49,773 bases of DNA from Minisyncoccota bacterium (GCA_038106525.1 JAYOEC010000004.1:1-49773), one strand, 5' to 3'. Positions 1-9,835 are shown, numbered from the stretch's first letter. Numbers and translations: made by a program. Notes: generated by a model from the letters alone, not told the origin.

Positions 1-153
1 GGGTGGGGCAACGCCTGCAATTCCGAGGTACTAACCGCTGGCAGAGTGTGGAAAAGCGAGGTTGAGACGGGTTGACATGCTTTCAAGTGCCGTCTATGGT
101 ACCAGTAGGTCGACCTTTACGAGGTAATTGGTAGTTTTCAGTTCATACATCGT

Positions 154-276
154 ATGATCGACGATACACAAATGAATCCGAACGCCGACATGCCAGCAGG
201 CGATATGCCTGCCGAGATGGGCGGGGAGATGGAGAAAAAGGAGGAGGGTGAAGGAATGGGCGACTCAGCCGAGTAG
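154..276 (+). CDS. small acidic Met-rich protein (40 aa; not in ORF track)
   Basis: ATG154-TAG276, MIDDTQMNPNADMPAGDMPAEMGGEMEKKEEGEGMGDSAE; preceded by TTGACA(72-77)-17bp-TATGGT(95-100), followed by hairpin 297-322. Confidence 0.55.
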   Translation: MIDDTQMNPNADMPAGDMPAEMGGEMEKKEEGEGMGDSAE

Positions 277-296
277 TCTAGAAAACGGCCTTCACT

Positions 297-323
297 ACAA
301 AGACCCCGGATGGGGTCTTTGTT
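297..323 (+). terminator. hairpin / likely intrinsic terminator
   Basis: ACAAAGACCCC-GGAT-GGGGTCTTTGT perfect 11-bp stem. Confidence 0.6.
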
Positions 324-334
324 ATAGTGCAGTG

Positions 335-538
335 GTGAGGGATACTATCAAGAACAATATTGAATCGTGGCGTCAAAAAGCCGGTATGACTCAAGCGGTA
401 CTCGCTGAACGGGTCGGCGTCACCCGACAGACCATTATTGCGATTGAAAAAGGAGACTACGCACCGTCAGTGGCGCTTGCGCTGAAGCTTGCACGCATAT
501 TTAAATGTAGGGTCGAAGATTTGTTTAAGGTATCCTGA
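335..538 (+). CDS. XRE-family HTH transcriptional regulator
   Basis: MTQAVLAERVGVTRQTIIAIEKGDYAPSVALALKLARIF is a classic HTH_3; GTG335 lies 6 nt after TATAGT. Confidence 0.9.
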   Translation: MRDTIKNNIESWRQKAGMTQAVLAERVGVTRQTIIAIEKGDYAPSVALALKLARIFKCRVEDLFKVS

Positions 539-542
539 GCCT

Positions 543-887
543 ATGCACGCATTTGCACTATCTATTATTCTTTCGCTTGCACTTCTGGTAGTCGCCAATC
601 CGTTCGGGTGGTGGATGCCGACAACATTTCAAAGCATCGCCGCAGGCGCAGTGGCATTCATTCTTGCTGTTTTTGCAGGCATGGTATACCGCGATGGTGC
701 CAAGGACGAACGAGAGCTCGTACTCCGCGCCGAGGCGGCGCGTATCGGCTATCTGGCTGGCATTGCAGTCCTTGGTGCTGCGGTGGTGGTGCCGCTACTC
801 ACCAATGACGAAGTATCTCGTTGGGCACTCGGGGCACTGGTCGCCATGATCATTGCCCGTTTACTTGCGCGGCATCGCGCAGAATAA
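543..887 (+). CDS. small integral membrane protein (DUF2178-like)
   Basis: 4 hydrophobic segments with DERE motif; typical partner of the XRE regulator. Confidence 0.7.
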   Translation: MHAFALSIILSLALLVVANPFGWWMPTTFQSIAAGAVAFILAVFAGMVYRDGAKDERELVLRAEAARIGYLAGIAVLGAAVVVPLLTNDEVSRWALGALVAMIIARLLARHRAE

Positions 888-947
888 TCCACAGGGCAAT
901 GTAAAGGATACTTTACATCCATCTCTCAGTCGCTATACTAGCAGCAT

Positions 948-1526
948 ATGCAAACACCAACTATCGCGGCATTGGTCGCACTCGTGCTTATTATCGGCGG
1001 CGGATTGTACTACAACTACGGCTACCCAGAGGGAGAGGTCATGATGGAAAAGGGTGAGGCAATGATCGAAAAAGGTGATGCCATGATGGAAAAGGGTGAT
1101 GCCATGATGGAAAAAGGCGAGGCGATGATGGAGGAGGGGAAGAAGATGCAGTTTACAGCGGAGGACGGCACTGTATATGAAGGAAGCGCTGACGGAGCAA
1201 CTTGGACTTCAAAGGGCGGCACCTATGAGTCGTATGCCGCGGAAAAGCTTGCCCGCGCAGCTGATGGGCCAGTAGTTCTGTTTTTCCGTGCGTCATGGTG
1301 CCCCACTTGCCGCGCGCTTGATGCGGATATCAAGAAGAATAGCGCTTCTATCCCTGAAGGTGTGACCATCCTCGATGTTAATTATGACGACTCTTCCGCA
1401 CTGAAAAAGCAGTACGGGGTCACTGCGCAGCATACCTTGGTCCAGGTGAATGCTGACGGCTCGATGATCACGAAGTGGAGCGGATCTGGCACACTTGCAG
1501 AAGTACTCGCTCGCATCAAGAAGTAA
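948..1526 (+). CDS. membrane-anchored thioredoxin-family protein with Met-rich repeats
   Basis: N-terminal TM, (MMEKG[D/E]A)n repeats, WCPTC active site. Confidence 0.88.
   Translation: MQTPTIAALVALVLIIGGGLYYNYGYPEGEVMMEKGEAMIEKGDAMMEKGDAMMEKGEAMMEEGKKMQFTAEDGTVYEGSADGATWTSKGGTYESYAAEKLARAADGPVVLFFRASWCPTCRALDADIKKNSASIPEGVTILDVNYDDSSALKKQYGVTAQHTLVQVNADGSMITKWSGSGTLAEVLARIKK
1041..1145 (+). repeat. 21-nt coding tandem repeat, ~5 copies
   Basis: ATGATGGAAAAGGGTGA(G/T)GC-type units encoding MMEKG[D/E]A. Confidence 0.85.
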
Positions 1527-3196
1527 TGATCCTTTTCATTGTCTCGTTTGTAGCCGGCGTTCTAACCGTTCTCGCCCCGTGCATCTTGCCGGTCCTCCCC
1601 GTGGTGATCGGATCCTCGGCAACGGGGAAAAGTAAGTGGACCCCGTTCGTGGTTGTAGGGTCGCTTGGGGTATCGGTGATTGCGTTTACCTTCCTCCTAA
1701 AAGCGTCAACGGTGCTCATTGCAATCCCAGAGACCTTTTGGACCTACTTTGCGGGCGGCGTCTTTGTGCTCTTTGGTCTCACACTGGTGTTTCCCCGAAT
1801 ATGGGAGTCGGTTCCAGGACTTCTGCGCGCCTCTCAGGCGAGTAACCAGCTTCTTGGTGCCGGATTCCAGAAAAAGTCGTTGCTTGGTGATGCGATCGTT
1901 GGTGCCGCGCTGGGTCCAATCTTTTCTACCTGCTCGCCGACTTACTTTCTCATCCTTGCCTCGGTGTTGCCCGCAAGTTACCTCCTCGGCTTTGTGTACA
2001 TTGCAGCATATGTGCTTGGCCTTGCTGCAGTACTCCTTCCGCTCGCACTCTTGGGCGATCGGCTTGCGCACCGGCTTTCCGGCTTTGCGGATCCGAACGG
2101 CTGGTTCAAGCGCGGACTTGGCATACTGTTCATTATGCTCGGGTTTCTGGTGAGTAGCGGGATTATAAAGCAGATTGAGACCGCAATTCTTGATGCTGGC
2201 TACCTTGATATCACCAAGTTCGAGCAGCAAATCCTTGATCTTGTGCAACCAAAAGAGGATCTATCGTCCAGCAAAAGTCCGTATCGCGAGATCAGAGAGC
2301 CAGCTGGGTTTATAAACACTGATCCTTTTACTCTGGGCGATTTGGTAGGGAAGAAGGTAATTTTGGTGGACTTCATGACCTACAGCTGTATTAACTGCCA
2401 ACGGACTTTCCCTTACCTCAATCAATGGTATACCGAGTACCGCGATCAGGGACTCGAGATTGTCGGCATTCATACGCCTGAGTTTGCTTTTGAGCAACGC
2501 ATTGAGAATGTCCGTGCGGCCGCAACAGAGTTTGGGCTCGAATTTCCGTTGGTACTTGATAACGAGTATGCAACTTGGAACGCATACGGGAACCGCTTTT
2601 GGCCGCGTAAGTACCTCATCGATATTCATGGCACTATTGTCTACGATCATATCGGAGAGGGGCAGTATGATGAGACGGAGGCAAAGATTGTCGAGCTATT
2701 AAATGAGCGAAAACGGGTGCTTGGCGAGGAAGGGATCGTCAAGTTGGTTGCAATGTCGCCAAAAGACGCACCGGTGGTTGATTTTTCAGCGGTAAGAACT
2801 CCTGAGACATATCTTGGAGCCGCGCGGACGCAGTATCTGGTCAATGCGCCGAATGTTTCGTGTCTCTCGGGTTCGTGCACCTACTCGTTTTCTGATCGCA
2901 CTTTTCGCGGATATGAGCTGAATGGGGCGTGGTCCATGGATGCAGAGCACGCAATGCTTGAGTCGGAATCCGGTGCAATCCGCATTTCGTTTTCAGCTCG
3001 AAAGGTGCACTTGGTAGCGGGAGCTGAAAAACCGGTCCAGGTTCGCGTCCGTATTGATGGAACATTGGTGTCCGAGTTTATTATTGCGCAGTACCAGTTG
3101 TATGACCTTGTCTCGCTTCCAGAGTACCGTGAGGGAATCCTGGAGGTGGAGTTTATGCAGCCTGGTGTCCGCGCCTTCGCATTCTCGTTCGGATAG
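1526..3196 (+). CDS. dipZ: DipZ-like protein (CcdA/DsbD TM domain + thioredoxin + C-terminal beta domain)
   Basis: LAPCILP and STCSP TM cysteines, YSCINC Trx motif, GIHTPEFAFE; ATG overlaps upstream TAA. Confidence 0.88.
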   Translation: MILFIVSFVAGVLTVLAPCILPVLPVVIGSSATGKSKWTPFVVVGSLGVSVIAFTFLLKASTVLIAIPETFWTYFAGGVFVLFGLTLVFPRIWESVPGLLRASQASNQLLGAGFQKKSLLGDAIVGAALGPIFSTCSPTYFLILASVLPASYLLGFVYIAAYVLGLAAVLLPLALLGDRLAHRLSGFADPNGWFKRGLGILFIMLGFLVSSGIIKQIETAILDAGYLDITKFEQQILDLVQPKEDLSSSKSPYREIREPAGFINTDPFTLGDLVGKKVILVDFMTYSCINCQRTFPYLNQWYTEYRDQGLEIVGIHTPEFAFEQRIENVRAAATEFGLEFPLVLDNEYATWNAYGNRFWPRKYLIDIHGTIVYDHIGEGQYDETEAKIVELLNERKRVLGEEGIVKLVAMSPKDAPVVDFSAVRTPETYLGAARTQYLVNAPNVSCLSGSCTYSFSDRTFRGYELNGAWSMDAEHAMLESESGAIRISFSARKVHLVAGAEKPVQVRVRIDGTLVSEFIIAQYQLYDLVSLPEYREGILEVEFMQPGVRAFAFSFG

Positions 3197-3212
3197 GCTA
3201 CACTGATACTCT

Positions 3213-3674
3213 ATGAAGGCAACGCATGCGTGGGCAATCGTCGGGGTCGGAATTATCAGTATCACAGTTGTGTATCTGCTGTTTGCAACGCCTGCAGCAG
3301 CCCCATCGAAAGAAATTACTGAACCATACCGGTATGTGAACGCAAGTGCGGACGACATTATGGTTTCGCTGCCATATCCAGGCGCGGTAACCGGAAAAAC
3401 TTTTTCTGTAATTGGCGAGGCGCGTGGGTACTGGTTCTTTGAGGCTTCATTTCCAGCCGAACTGAAGACGGCTGACGGCACGGTGCTTTGGCAGGGCCCT
3501 GTTACCACCGATGCGGAGTGGATGACTGCCGACTTTGTTCCGTTCAGGGCGGATATTATCGTCTCTGATCAATCGTTCATTGGTCCAGCAGTACTTGTCC
3601 TCAAGAGGGATAATCCGTCGGGTGAACCCGAGAATGACGCATCGCTCTCGTTCGACATTATTGTTGAATACTAG
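3213..3674 (+). CDS. Gmad2 immunoglobulin-like domain protein
   Basis: N-terminal TM; GEARGYWFFEASFP and DNPSG motifs. Confidence 0.8.
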   Translation: MKATHAWAIVGVGIISITVVYLLFATPAAAPSKEITEPYRYVNASADDIMVSLPYPGAVTGKTFSVIGEARGYWFFEASFPAELKTADGTVLWQGPVTTDAEWMTADFVPFRADIIVSDQSFIGPAVLVLKRDNPSGEPENDASLSFDIIVEY

Positions 3675-3715
3675 TGCTGACGGTTGGCGCGCAGAGCGCG
3701 ATATAGTGTACAGGT

Positions 3716-4681
3716 ATGCTCCGGCAGGTACTGATAGTCGCGCTTGGACTTATCGTCCTTGGTTTTTTGTATACAGTGGTAATCCCGTCACTGCCTGCGT
3801 TGGCAGTTGCTCCAGGCGCAACGCATGAGAACGATTCAAACGCGATCGACTTGCCGGCATTTGTTCCGCCGGACGATCCTGATAGCCCCCCGGCATCCTC
3901 AGGCGGATCCCTCCTCGATGTACAGCCGCTTGGCGGATCTTCGGGAGCTAGTCAAACGGATGACGGATCTTCAGATTCTGGAAGCGGCACCAGCAACACG
4001 GAAGCGGTGCTCACTCTTTCTCTTGGTGCCCCAAGCAGCTCGTCGGGTGTCGAAGCGGACGGTTCGGGGTCTGAGGCAGGGTTCCTCACATCGCTGCTTG
4101 AGGAGTCGGGAGCAATCAGTATTTCCAGTGGTGGCAGCAGTGGCAGTGGCGGGGTAAGTATTTTTGGGGACGCAGTGAGAGGTTTTTTTGCCGGAGAGGG
4201 TATCGAGGAGATCCGGTTTCAAACTTGGGATCCCGTCAGCGAAACATTTGTTCCTGGCGTTGAGCCAACGCAGGTCACAAGCCTTTCTGAGCGCGAAACC
4301 AGCCTTATTGCCGCTGCTGCGGTACTCGAGGATTCTCGCATCGAATCTGTAGATATCTCAGGACCGCGGATAACCATGCAGTACCGAACCTCGGGCAGGA
4401 TCGCTGCTCTGATTCCCATCTCTTTTATCCTCGGCATTGTAGTCGATGGTGCTGCCCCTGAGGGGTTGCGCACGGATTTTTCATATCCGTGGTATCGGTG
4501 GTTCATGTGGCTCACGGTGCCGCGGGCAGAATTAAGAGGCTCGATCGAGCTTGCAATACAAAACGCACTCACCGTTTCTGTAGATGCGAAAGATGCCGAA
4601 GCAAGGGTTTTTACCGCAACTGTTCGTGCGCTCAAGGAGGTACATCGCAGGTACGAAGGGGGTATCCGCATTGTGCTCTAG
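3716..4681 (+). CDS. hypothetical membrane-anchored protein, Ser/Gly-rich linker
   Basis: N-terminal TM, low-complexity S/G region, C-terminal IP...YPWY domain. Confidence 0.7.
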   Translation: MLRQVLIVALGLIVLGFLYTVVIPSLPALAVAPGATHENDSNAIDLPAFVPPDDPDSPPASSGGSLLDVQPLGGSSGASQTDDGSSDSGSGTSNTEAVLTLSLGAPSSSSGVEADGSGSEAGFLTSLLEESGAISISSGGSSGSGGVSIFGDAVRGFFAGEGIEEIRFQTWDPVSETFVPGVEPTQVTSLSERETSLIAAAAVLEDSRIESVDISGPRITMQYRTSGRIAALIPISFILGIVVDGAAPEGLRTDFSYPWYRWFMWLTVPRAELRGSIELAIQNALTVSVDAKDAEARVFTATVRALKEVHRRYEGGIRIVL

Positions 4682-4700
4682 TTTGCTATACTACCCGAGT

Positions 4701-5711
4701 ATGAAGATCCATGACGCGGTACGCGCGCTCATGAAGCAGGGCAAAGGCATTCTTGCCGCCGACGAGTCAACTCGTACCATTACTGAGCGATTCTCAGAAC
4801 TTGGCATTCCTTCGAACGAGGATACGCGCCGTCAGTACCGCGAGTTGCTGCTCGCCACCCCGGGCGTTGAGCGCTACTTAAGCGGCGTCATTCTATTTGA
4901 CGAGACCATTCGGCAGGCGCTGTCAGACGGGACGCCCTTTGTTGACTTTCTTTCAGCTCGTAGCATTCTTGTCGGAATAAAAGTTGATGAGGGAGTAGTG
5001 CGCGACCCCCAGTTTGAGGGAGGAGAGGTGACCAAGGGCCTTGAAGGGCTACGCGAGCGCATGCGCGAGTATGTCTCACTCGGTGCACAGTTTACCAAAT
5101 GGCGCGCAGTGCATGCTGTTGCAAGAGAACATAGTTCTCCTGCAGTTCGGGAGAATGCTTCGCGTATGGCGGCATATGCCGCAGATGCGCTTTCAGAGGG
5201 TCTAGTTCCTATTGTAGAGCCGGAGGTGCTGATGCAAGGGGTGCACAGTGCTGAGGATGCTGAGCGGGCCATCCAAGAAGTACTCTCGCTCACGGTTGAC
5301 GCGCTTCATGCACGAGACATTGACCTCAAACAGGTGATTATAAAGACCGCAATGGCCGTGTCGGGCGACATGGCGCCCGAGCGAGCGGCGCCCTTAGAGG
5401 TTGCCGAGCGCACGGCGCGCGCGTTAGTGGGCGCACTTCCTGAAGAAATCGGCGGTGTCGTGTTCCTCTCGGGTGGTCAGAGTCCTGAAGAAGCAACAAT
5501 GAATCTCAACGCCATTGCTCGCATCGAGCCGTTGCCGTGGCCCATTACATTTTCATTCGCACGCGCGCTTCAGGCACCTGCGCTCCAGGTTTGGAAGGGC
5601 GATGACGCTCGTCGCGCCGAAGCGCAGTCCGTTTTTCTTGAACGACTGTCGCTTACAGCTGCCGCAGATGCTGCTGGATATTCGCCGCAACAGGAAGAAA
5701 GCTCTCTTTAG
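4701..5711 (+). CDS. fructose-bisphosphate aldolase class I
   Basis: GKGILAADES, GIKVD, KWR, PIVEPEV, FLSGGQS, FSFARALQ; start reassigned to ATG4701. Confidence 0.93.
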   Translation: MKIHDAVRALMKQGKGILAADESTRTITERFSELGIPSNEDTRRQYRELLLATPGVERYLSGVILFDETIRQALSDGTPFVDFLSARSILVGIKVDEGVVRDPQFEGGEVTKGLEGLRERMREYVSLGAQFTKWRAVHAVAREHSSPAVRENASRMAAYAADALSEGLVPIVEPEVLMQGVHSAEDAERAIQEVLSLTVDALHARDIDLKQVIIKTAMAVSGDMAPERAAPLEVAERTARALVGALPEEIGGVVFLSGGQSPEEATMNLNAIARIEPLPWPITFSFARALQAPALQVWKGDDARRAEAQSVFLERLSLTAAADAAGYSPQQEESSL

Positions 5712-5777
5712 GACTTGGTATAGAGCCGTGTATTCTGGTGTCGTTTGACAATCCAAATTTTTATTCCAATACACAGC

Positions 5778-5786
5778 TTATCCACA
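5778..5786 (+). promoter_or_regulatory. consensus DnaA box upstream of nrdA
   Basis: TTATCCACA about 45 nt upstream of -10 TACAAT (5831-5836). Confidence 0.5.
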
Positions 5787-5846
5787 CGCTGGTGCATTTT
5801 TTCTTCGGACAGTGCGCGTGGCAGAGGGGGTACAATACGGGGACCT

Positions 5847-8711
5847 ATGGCCGACAGTCTCAAAATCAAGAAGCGGAATGGAGCAATTGTTGATTTTGAC
5901 ACTACTAAAATAGCGCACGCGATCGAAAAGGCGTTTACCGAGGTAGTGGGGGACACAAAGACTGATGAAGCGCTTGCAATTGCAGGACAGGTGACCGATA
6001 TGGTGGTCGCGCGATATGGCGGCGGCGCAAATTTTCCGAATGTTGAGGAGATCCAGGATCTGGTCGAGCGCGCGCTCATGGCGCGAGGCTATTTTGAGGT
6101 TGCAAAGGCCTACATAATTTATCGGTACGAGCACGCCAAGCTCCGCGCCGAGGCACAAGAGGCAGTAGTAAAGAAAATTGAGGAACGCGGACTCTTAATT
6201 ACCACACATGATGGGTCAAAAGAGATTTTTTCTGTCGATCGGGTCCGCCGTACGATCGAGCAATCGGTTTTGCCCGAACATCGCGGTTCAGTTGATGTCG
6301 AATCAATTATTGAGCAGGTGCAGCGAGAGATTTACGACGGTATTACCGTTGCGGAACTTGAGCGGCTGATGGTGATGGTTGTCCGCTCGATGATTGAGCG
6401 CGATCCAGCATACTCGCATCTTGCGGCACAGCTCTCGCTTGCGAGTATTTATGCCGAGGCGCTTGGCGATAAGACGATATCCTCCACCTCTCCGGCGTTC
6501 ATTGACCGATACCGTGCGTCGTTTGTTGAAAATATCCGCCGTGGTGTTGCTGAGAAGGCCTATGATGAACGGCTGCTTGCCTTTGATCTTGAAAAGGTTG
6601 CCGCAGCCATCGAGCCGTCTCGTGATCAACTATTCAATTACCTCGGCATCGCAACGATTGCTGACCGTTACTTGGTCCGCAGTCGCACAGAAGGAAAGCG
6701 GTATCTCGAGGCGCCGCAGCATTTTTGGATGCGCATCGCGCTCGGCATTGCTATTGCTGAAAAGGATGCACACGAATCTTGGGCTATCCAATTTTATGGA
6801 GTCATTTCGGAGATGCGCTTTGTGCCATCGACGCCCACATTGTTCCATGCAGGCACCCCAAAGCCGCAACTCTCATCGTGCTACCTCAATACTGTTGAAG
6901 ATGATCTCACAAATATTTTCAAAGTGTTTGGTGATAATGCACAGCTCTCAAAATGGGCTGGCGGCATCGGCACTGACTGGTCAAATATCCGCGGCACCGG
7001 CTCGTTGCTCAAGAGTTCCGGCATGACGAGCCAGGGTGTAATCCCGTTTTTAAAAATTGCAAACGATGTAACCGTCGCTATCAATCGCTCCGGCCGCCGC
7101 CGCGGCGCGACGGCGGTATACCTTGAGACTTGGCACTACGATATAGAAGATTTTCTTGAGCTTCGCAAAAATACTGGCGACGAACGCCGCCGGACGCATG
7201 ACATTAATACTGCAAACTGGATTCCAGACCTATTCATGAAGCGGGTCCGCGAGGATGGACAGTGGACACTCTTTTCAACCGATGAATGTCCTGATCTTCA
7301 TCACCTGTATGGGCGAAAATTTGAAGAGGCCTATGTACGGTACGAGCAGCGTGCAGACGAGGGTAAGATCAAACTTTGGAAGAGGATGAAGGCCGCCGAT
7401 TTGTGGAAGAAGATGCTCGGGATGCTCTTTGAGACGGGCCACCCTTGGATTACTTTTAAGGACCCCTCCAATGTGCGCTCACCGCAAGATCATGTGGGTG
7501 TTGTCCATAACTCGAACCTGTGTACCGAGATTACGCTTAATACCTCCGCATCAGAAACCGCCGTGTGCAACTTGGGGTGGGTGAACTATGCGCGACACAT
7601 TACGAACGGTGCATTTGACACCGATACGATCAAGGAAACGGTCTCGGTCGGCATGCGTATGCTCGACAATGTGATCGACATTAACTTTTATCCGACAGTG
7701 GAGGCAGAGCGCTCGAACATGCAGCATCGGCCGGTTGGGCTTGGAGTCGGCGGTTTTCAAGACGCGTTGTATCAACTTGATATTGATTTTGCATCCGAGC
7801 GCTGTGTGCAGTTCGCTGACGAGTCGATGGAGCTGATCTCATACTATGCGATTTTGGCGTCAGTTGCGCTCGCAAAAGAACGCGGTGCGTATGCCACCTT
7901 CAAAGGTTCAAAATGGGATCGCGGACTTTTGCCTATCGACACTATCAAGTTGCTTGAGGAGGAGCGAGGAGAGGCGGTTGAGGTTTCAAGGGACGCGGCA
8001 CTTGATTGGACCGTGGTGCGCCAGGCGATCAAGCAGTTCGGGATGCGTAATTCGAATTGCATGGCAGTTGCGCCGACTGCGTCGACCTCGAATATCGTTG
8101 CTGCAGTACCGTCGGTCGAGCCTATCTACAAGAATATCTATGTCGAGTCTAATATCAGCGGTGACTTTACGGTGGTGAATCCGTTTTTGGTCCAGGACCT
8201 GAAGCGCCATGGGCTTTGGAACGAAGCGATGCTGAACGAGCTCAAGTATAACGACGGCTCGATTGCCCGCATTGCCGGCATTCCGGAGACGATAAAGAAC
8301 AAGTACAAAGAGGTATTTGAGATCGATATGCGCTGGATTGTTCGCGCCGCTGCGTATCGTGCAAAGTGGATCGATCAGTCGCAGTCGCTCAACATATTCT
8401 TCCGCGGTTCAAGTGGGCGCGAGCTTTCCGAAGTGTACTTCTACGCGTGGAAGATGGGTCTGAAGACCACCTACTACTTGCGGACGCTTGCTGCAACGCA
8501 GGTTGAAAAGTCGACGGTGAAGACGCAAGAGTATGGATCGACACATGTGCGAGATAGCAAAATGGCATCGTCAGGTGTTGGTGTTGAGATACAACCTGCA
8601 CAGCCAGAACAGCAGGCGTTTCAAGCCTTTAAATCGGTCAGCGCTTCGCCGGTGCAGCAAAAGTTTGTGCTGCATCGAGCCCCAGAGGTAACCTGCGAAA
8701 GTTGCCAGTAA
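5847..8711 (+). CDS. nrdA: ribonucleoside-diphosphate reductase alpha subunit (class I, two ATP-cone-like domains)
   Basis: KKRNG ATP cone, SSCYL, NSNLCTEI, VCNL, KTTYY, C-terminal CESC. Confidence 0.96.
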   Translation: MADSLKIKKRNGAIVDFDTTKIAHAIEKAFTEVVGDTKTDEALAIAGQVTDMVVARYGGGANFPNVEEIQDLVERALMARGYFEVAKAYIIYRYEHAKLRAEAQEAVVKKIEERGLLITTHDGSKEIFSVDRVRRTIEQSVLPEHRGSVDVESIIEQVQREIYDGITVAELERLMVMVVRSMIERDPAYSHLAAQLSLASIYAEALGDKTISSTSPAFIDRYRASFVENIRRGVAEKAYDERLLAFDLEKVAAAIEPSRDQLFNYLGIATIADRYLVRSRTEGKRYLEAPQHFWMRIALGIAIAEKDAHESWAIQFYGVISEMRFVPSTPTLFHAGTPKPQLSSCYLNTVEDDLTNIFKVFGDNAQLSKWAGGIGTDWSNIRGTGSLLKSSGMTSQGVIPFLKIANDVTVAINRSGRRRGATAVYLETWHYDIEDFLELRKNTGDERRRTHDINTANWIPDLFMKRVREDGQWTLFSTDECPDLHHLYGRKFEEAYVRYEQRADEGKIKLWKRMKAADLWKKMLGMLFETGHPWITFKDPSNVRSPQDHVGVVHNSNLCTEITLNTSASETAVCNLGWVNYARHITNGAFDTDTIKETVSVGMRMLDNVIDINFYPTVEAERSNMQHRPVGLGVGGFQDALYQLDIDFASERCVQFADESMELISYYAILASVALAKERGAYATFKGSKWDRGLLPIDTIKLLEEERGEAVEVSRDAALDWTVVRQAIKQFGMRNSNCMAVAPTASTSNIVAAVPSVEPIYKNIYVESNISGDFTVVNPFLVQDLKRHGLWNEAMLNELKYNDGSIARIAGIPETIKNKYKEVFEIDMRWIVRAAAYRAKWIDQSQSLNIFFRGSSGRELSEVYFYAWKMGLKTTYYLRTLAATQVEKSTVKTQEYGSTHVRDSKMASSGVGVEIQPAQPEQQAFQAFKSVSASPVQQKFVLHRAPEVTCESCQ

Positions 8712-8735
8712 CTGCTCAGCACATCACATCCAACT

Positions 8736-9770
8736 ATGTCCATTCAAAAAAACGCAAAGCCAGTCGATATCAACCAACGCCGAGTCATTAATGGCTTTGA
8801 GGCCGATGTGATTCAGCTCTACCCGATGCGACACAAGTTTGCGTGGGAGTATTACAATGCTGCGAATGCAAACCACTGGCTCCCAACCGAGATTTCAATG
8901 CAGCTGGACATCGAGCAATGGAAGAGCCCAACTGCACTGACCCGCGACGAGCGCAGTGCGTTTGAGACCGTTCTCGGATTTTTTACCACTGCGGACTCGA
9001 TTGCAGCAAATAATATTGTCATGGCTTTCTACAAGCATGTGACCTCGCCTGAAATCCGCATGTATTTGCTGCGTCAGGCATACGAAGAGGCCATCCACAC
9101 GCATGCGTACCAGTACATCGTTGAATCGCTTGGTATGGATGAAGCGAAGATATTTAACATGTATCGAAATGTCGACGCCATTTACAATAAAGAAGAGTTC
9201 ATCCTTGGGTTCAATGAGGGGATTTTTGACGGCAGCTTCAAAACCGGAACCTTTGATGCTGATCAGAAGTTTCTTGAAAATTGGTGTGTATTTTCGCTCA
9301 TCCTCGAAGGTATCTTTTTTTACTCGTCATTTGCAGTGGTGCTCGGCTTTAAGCGGCAGAACAAGCTCACTGGTAGCGCTGAGCAGATCGAGTACATCAT
9401 GCGTGATGAATCGATGCACCTTAACTTTGGTATTGAGATCATCAATGCCATCAAACAGGAAAATCCTGGACTCTGGAGTCCTGAGTTTCAGTCGCGGATC
9501 ATTGAGTTGGTGAAAAAGGCCGCTGTGCTCGAGTACACTTATGCCAAGGAGGTGTTTCCAACCGGCATCTTTGGCCTTAACGCTGATGGCTTTGAGCAGT
9601 ACATAAAGTACATTGCGGATCGACGGCTTGAGCGGGTGGGGCTTCCAGCGCAGTTCAATACAGAAAATCCGTTTCCCTGGATGTCAGAGGCTATCGATCT
9701 TGCGAAGAAGAAAAACTTTTTTGAAACTCGGGTTACCGAGTACAAGACTGGCGGGGCGCTCAATTGGTAG
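8736..9770 (+). CDS. nrdB: ribonucleoside-diphosphate reductase beta subunit
   Basis: EEAIHTHAY (radical Tyr present), EGIFFY, RDESMH, NFFE..V.EY. Confidence 0.96.
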   Translation: MSIQKNAKPVDINQRRVINGFEADVIQLYPMRHKFAWEYYNAANANHWLPTEISMQLDIEQWKSPTALTRDERSAFETVLGFFTTADSIAANNIVMAFYKHVTSPEIRMYLLRQAYEEAIHTHAYQYIVESLGMDEAKIFNMYRNVDAIYNKEEFILGFNEGIFDGSFKTGTFDADQKFLENWCVFSLILEGIFFYSSFAVVLGFKRQNKLTGSAEQIEYIMRDESMHLNFGIEIINAIKQENPGLWSPEFQSRIIELVKKAAVLEYTYAKEVFPTGIFGLNADGFEQYIKYIADRRLERVGLPAQFNTENPFPWMSEAIDLAKKKNFFETRVTEYKTGGALNW

Positions 9771-9809
9771 GAAGGTCGCTGCGCGATTTCTCGCTCTCGG
9801 CGCTCGTTT

Positions 9810-9835
9810 GAAAAAGAAAGCCAGCTTTCTTTTTC
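9810..9835. terminator. A/T-flanked hairpin, likely terminator after nrdB
   Basis: GAAAAAGAAAGC-CA-GCTTTCTTTTTC inverted repeat. Confidence 0.55.

Noticed and set aside
1041-1145. CRISPR-like repeat array
   Set aside because: Contiguous in-frame 21-nt repeats with synonymous variation, no spacers and no cas genes.
5761-5846. Replication origin
   Set aside because: Only one perfect DnaA box, no cluster or unwinding element, and no dnaA/dnaN nearby.
8736-9770. Possible class Ic (Tyr-less, Mn/Fe) RNR beta subunit
   Set aside because: The radical Tyr (EAIHTHAY) and first Asp ligand (TADS) are present.
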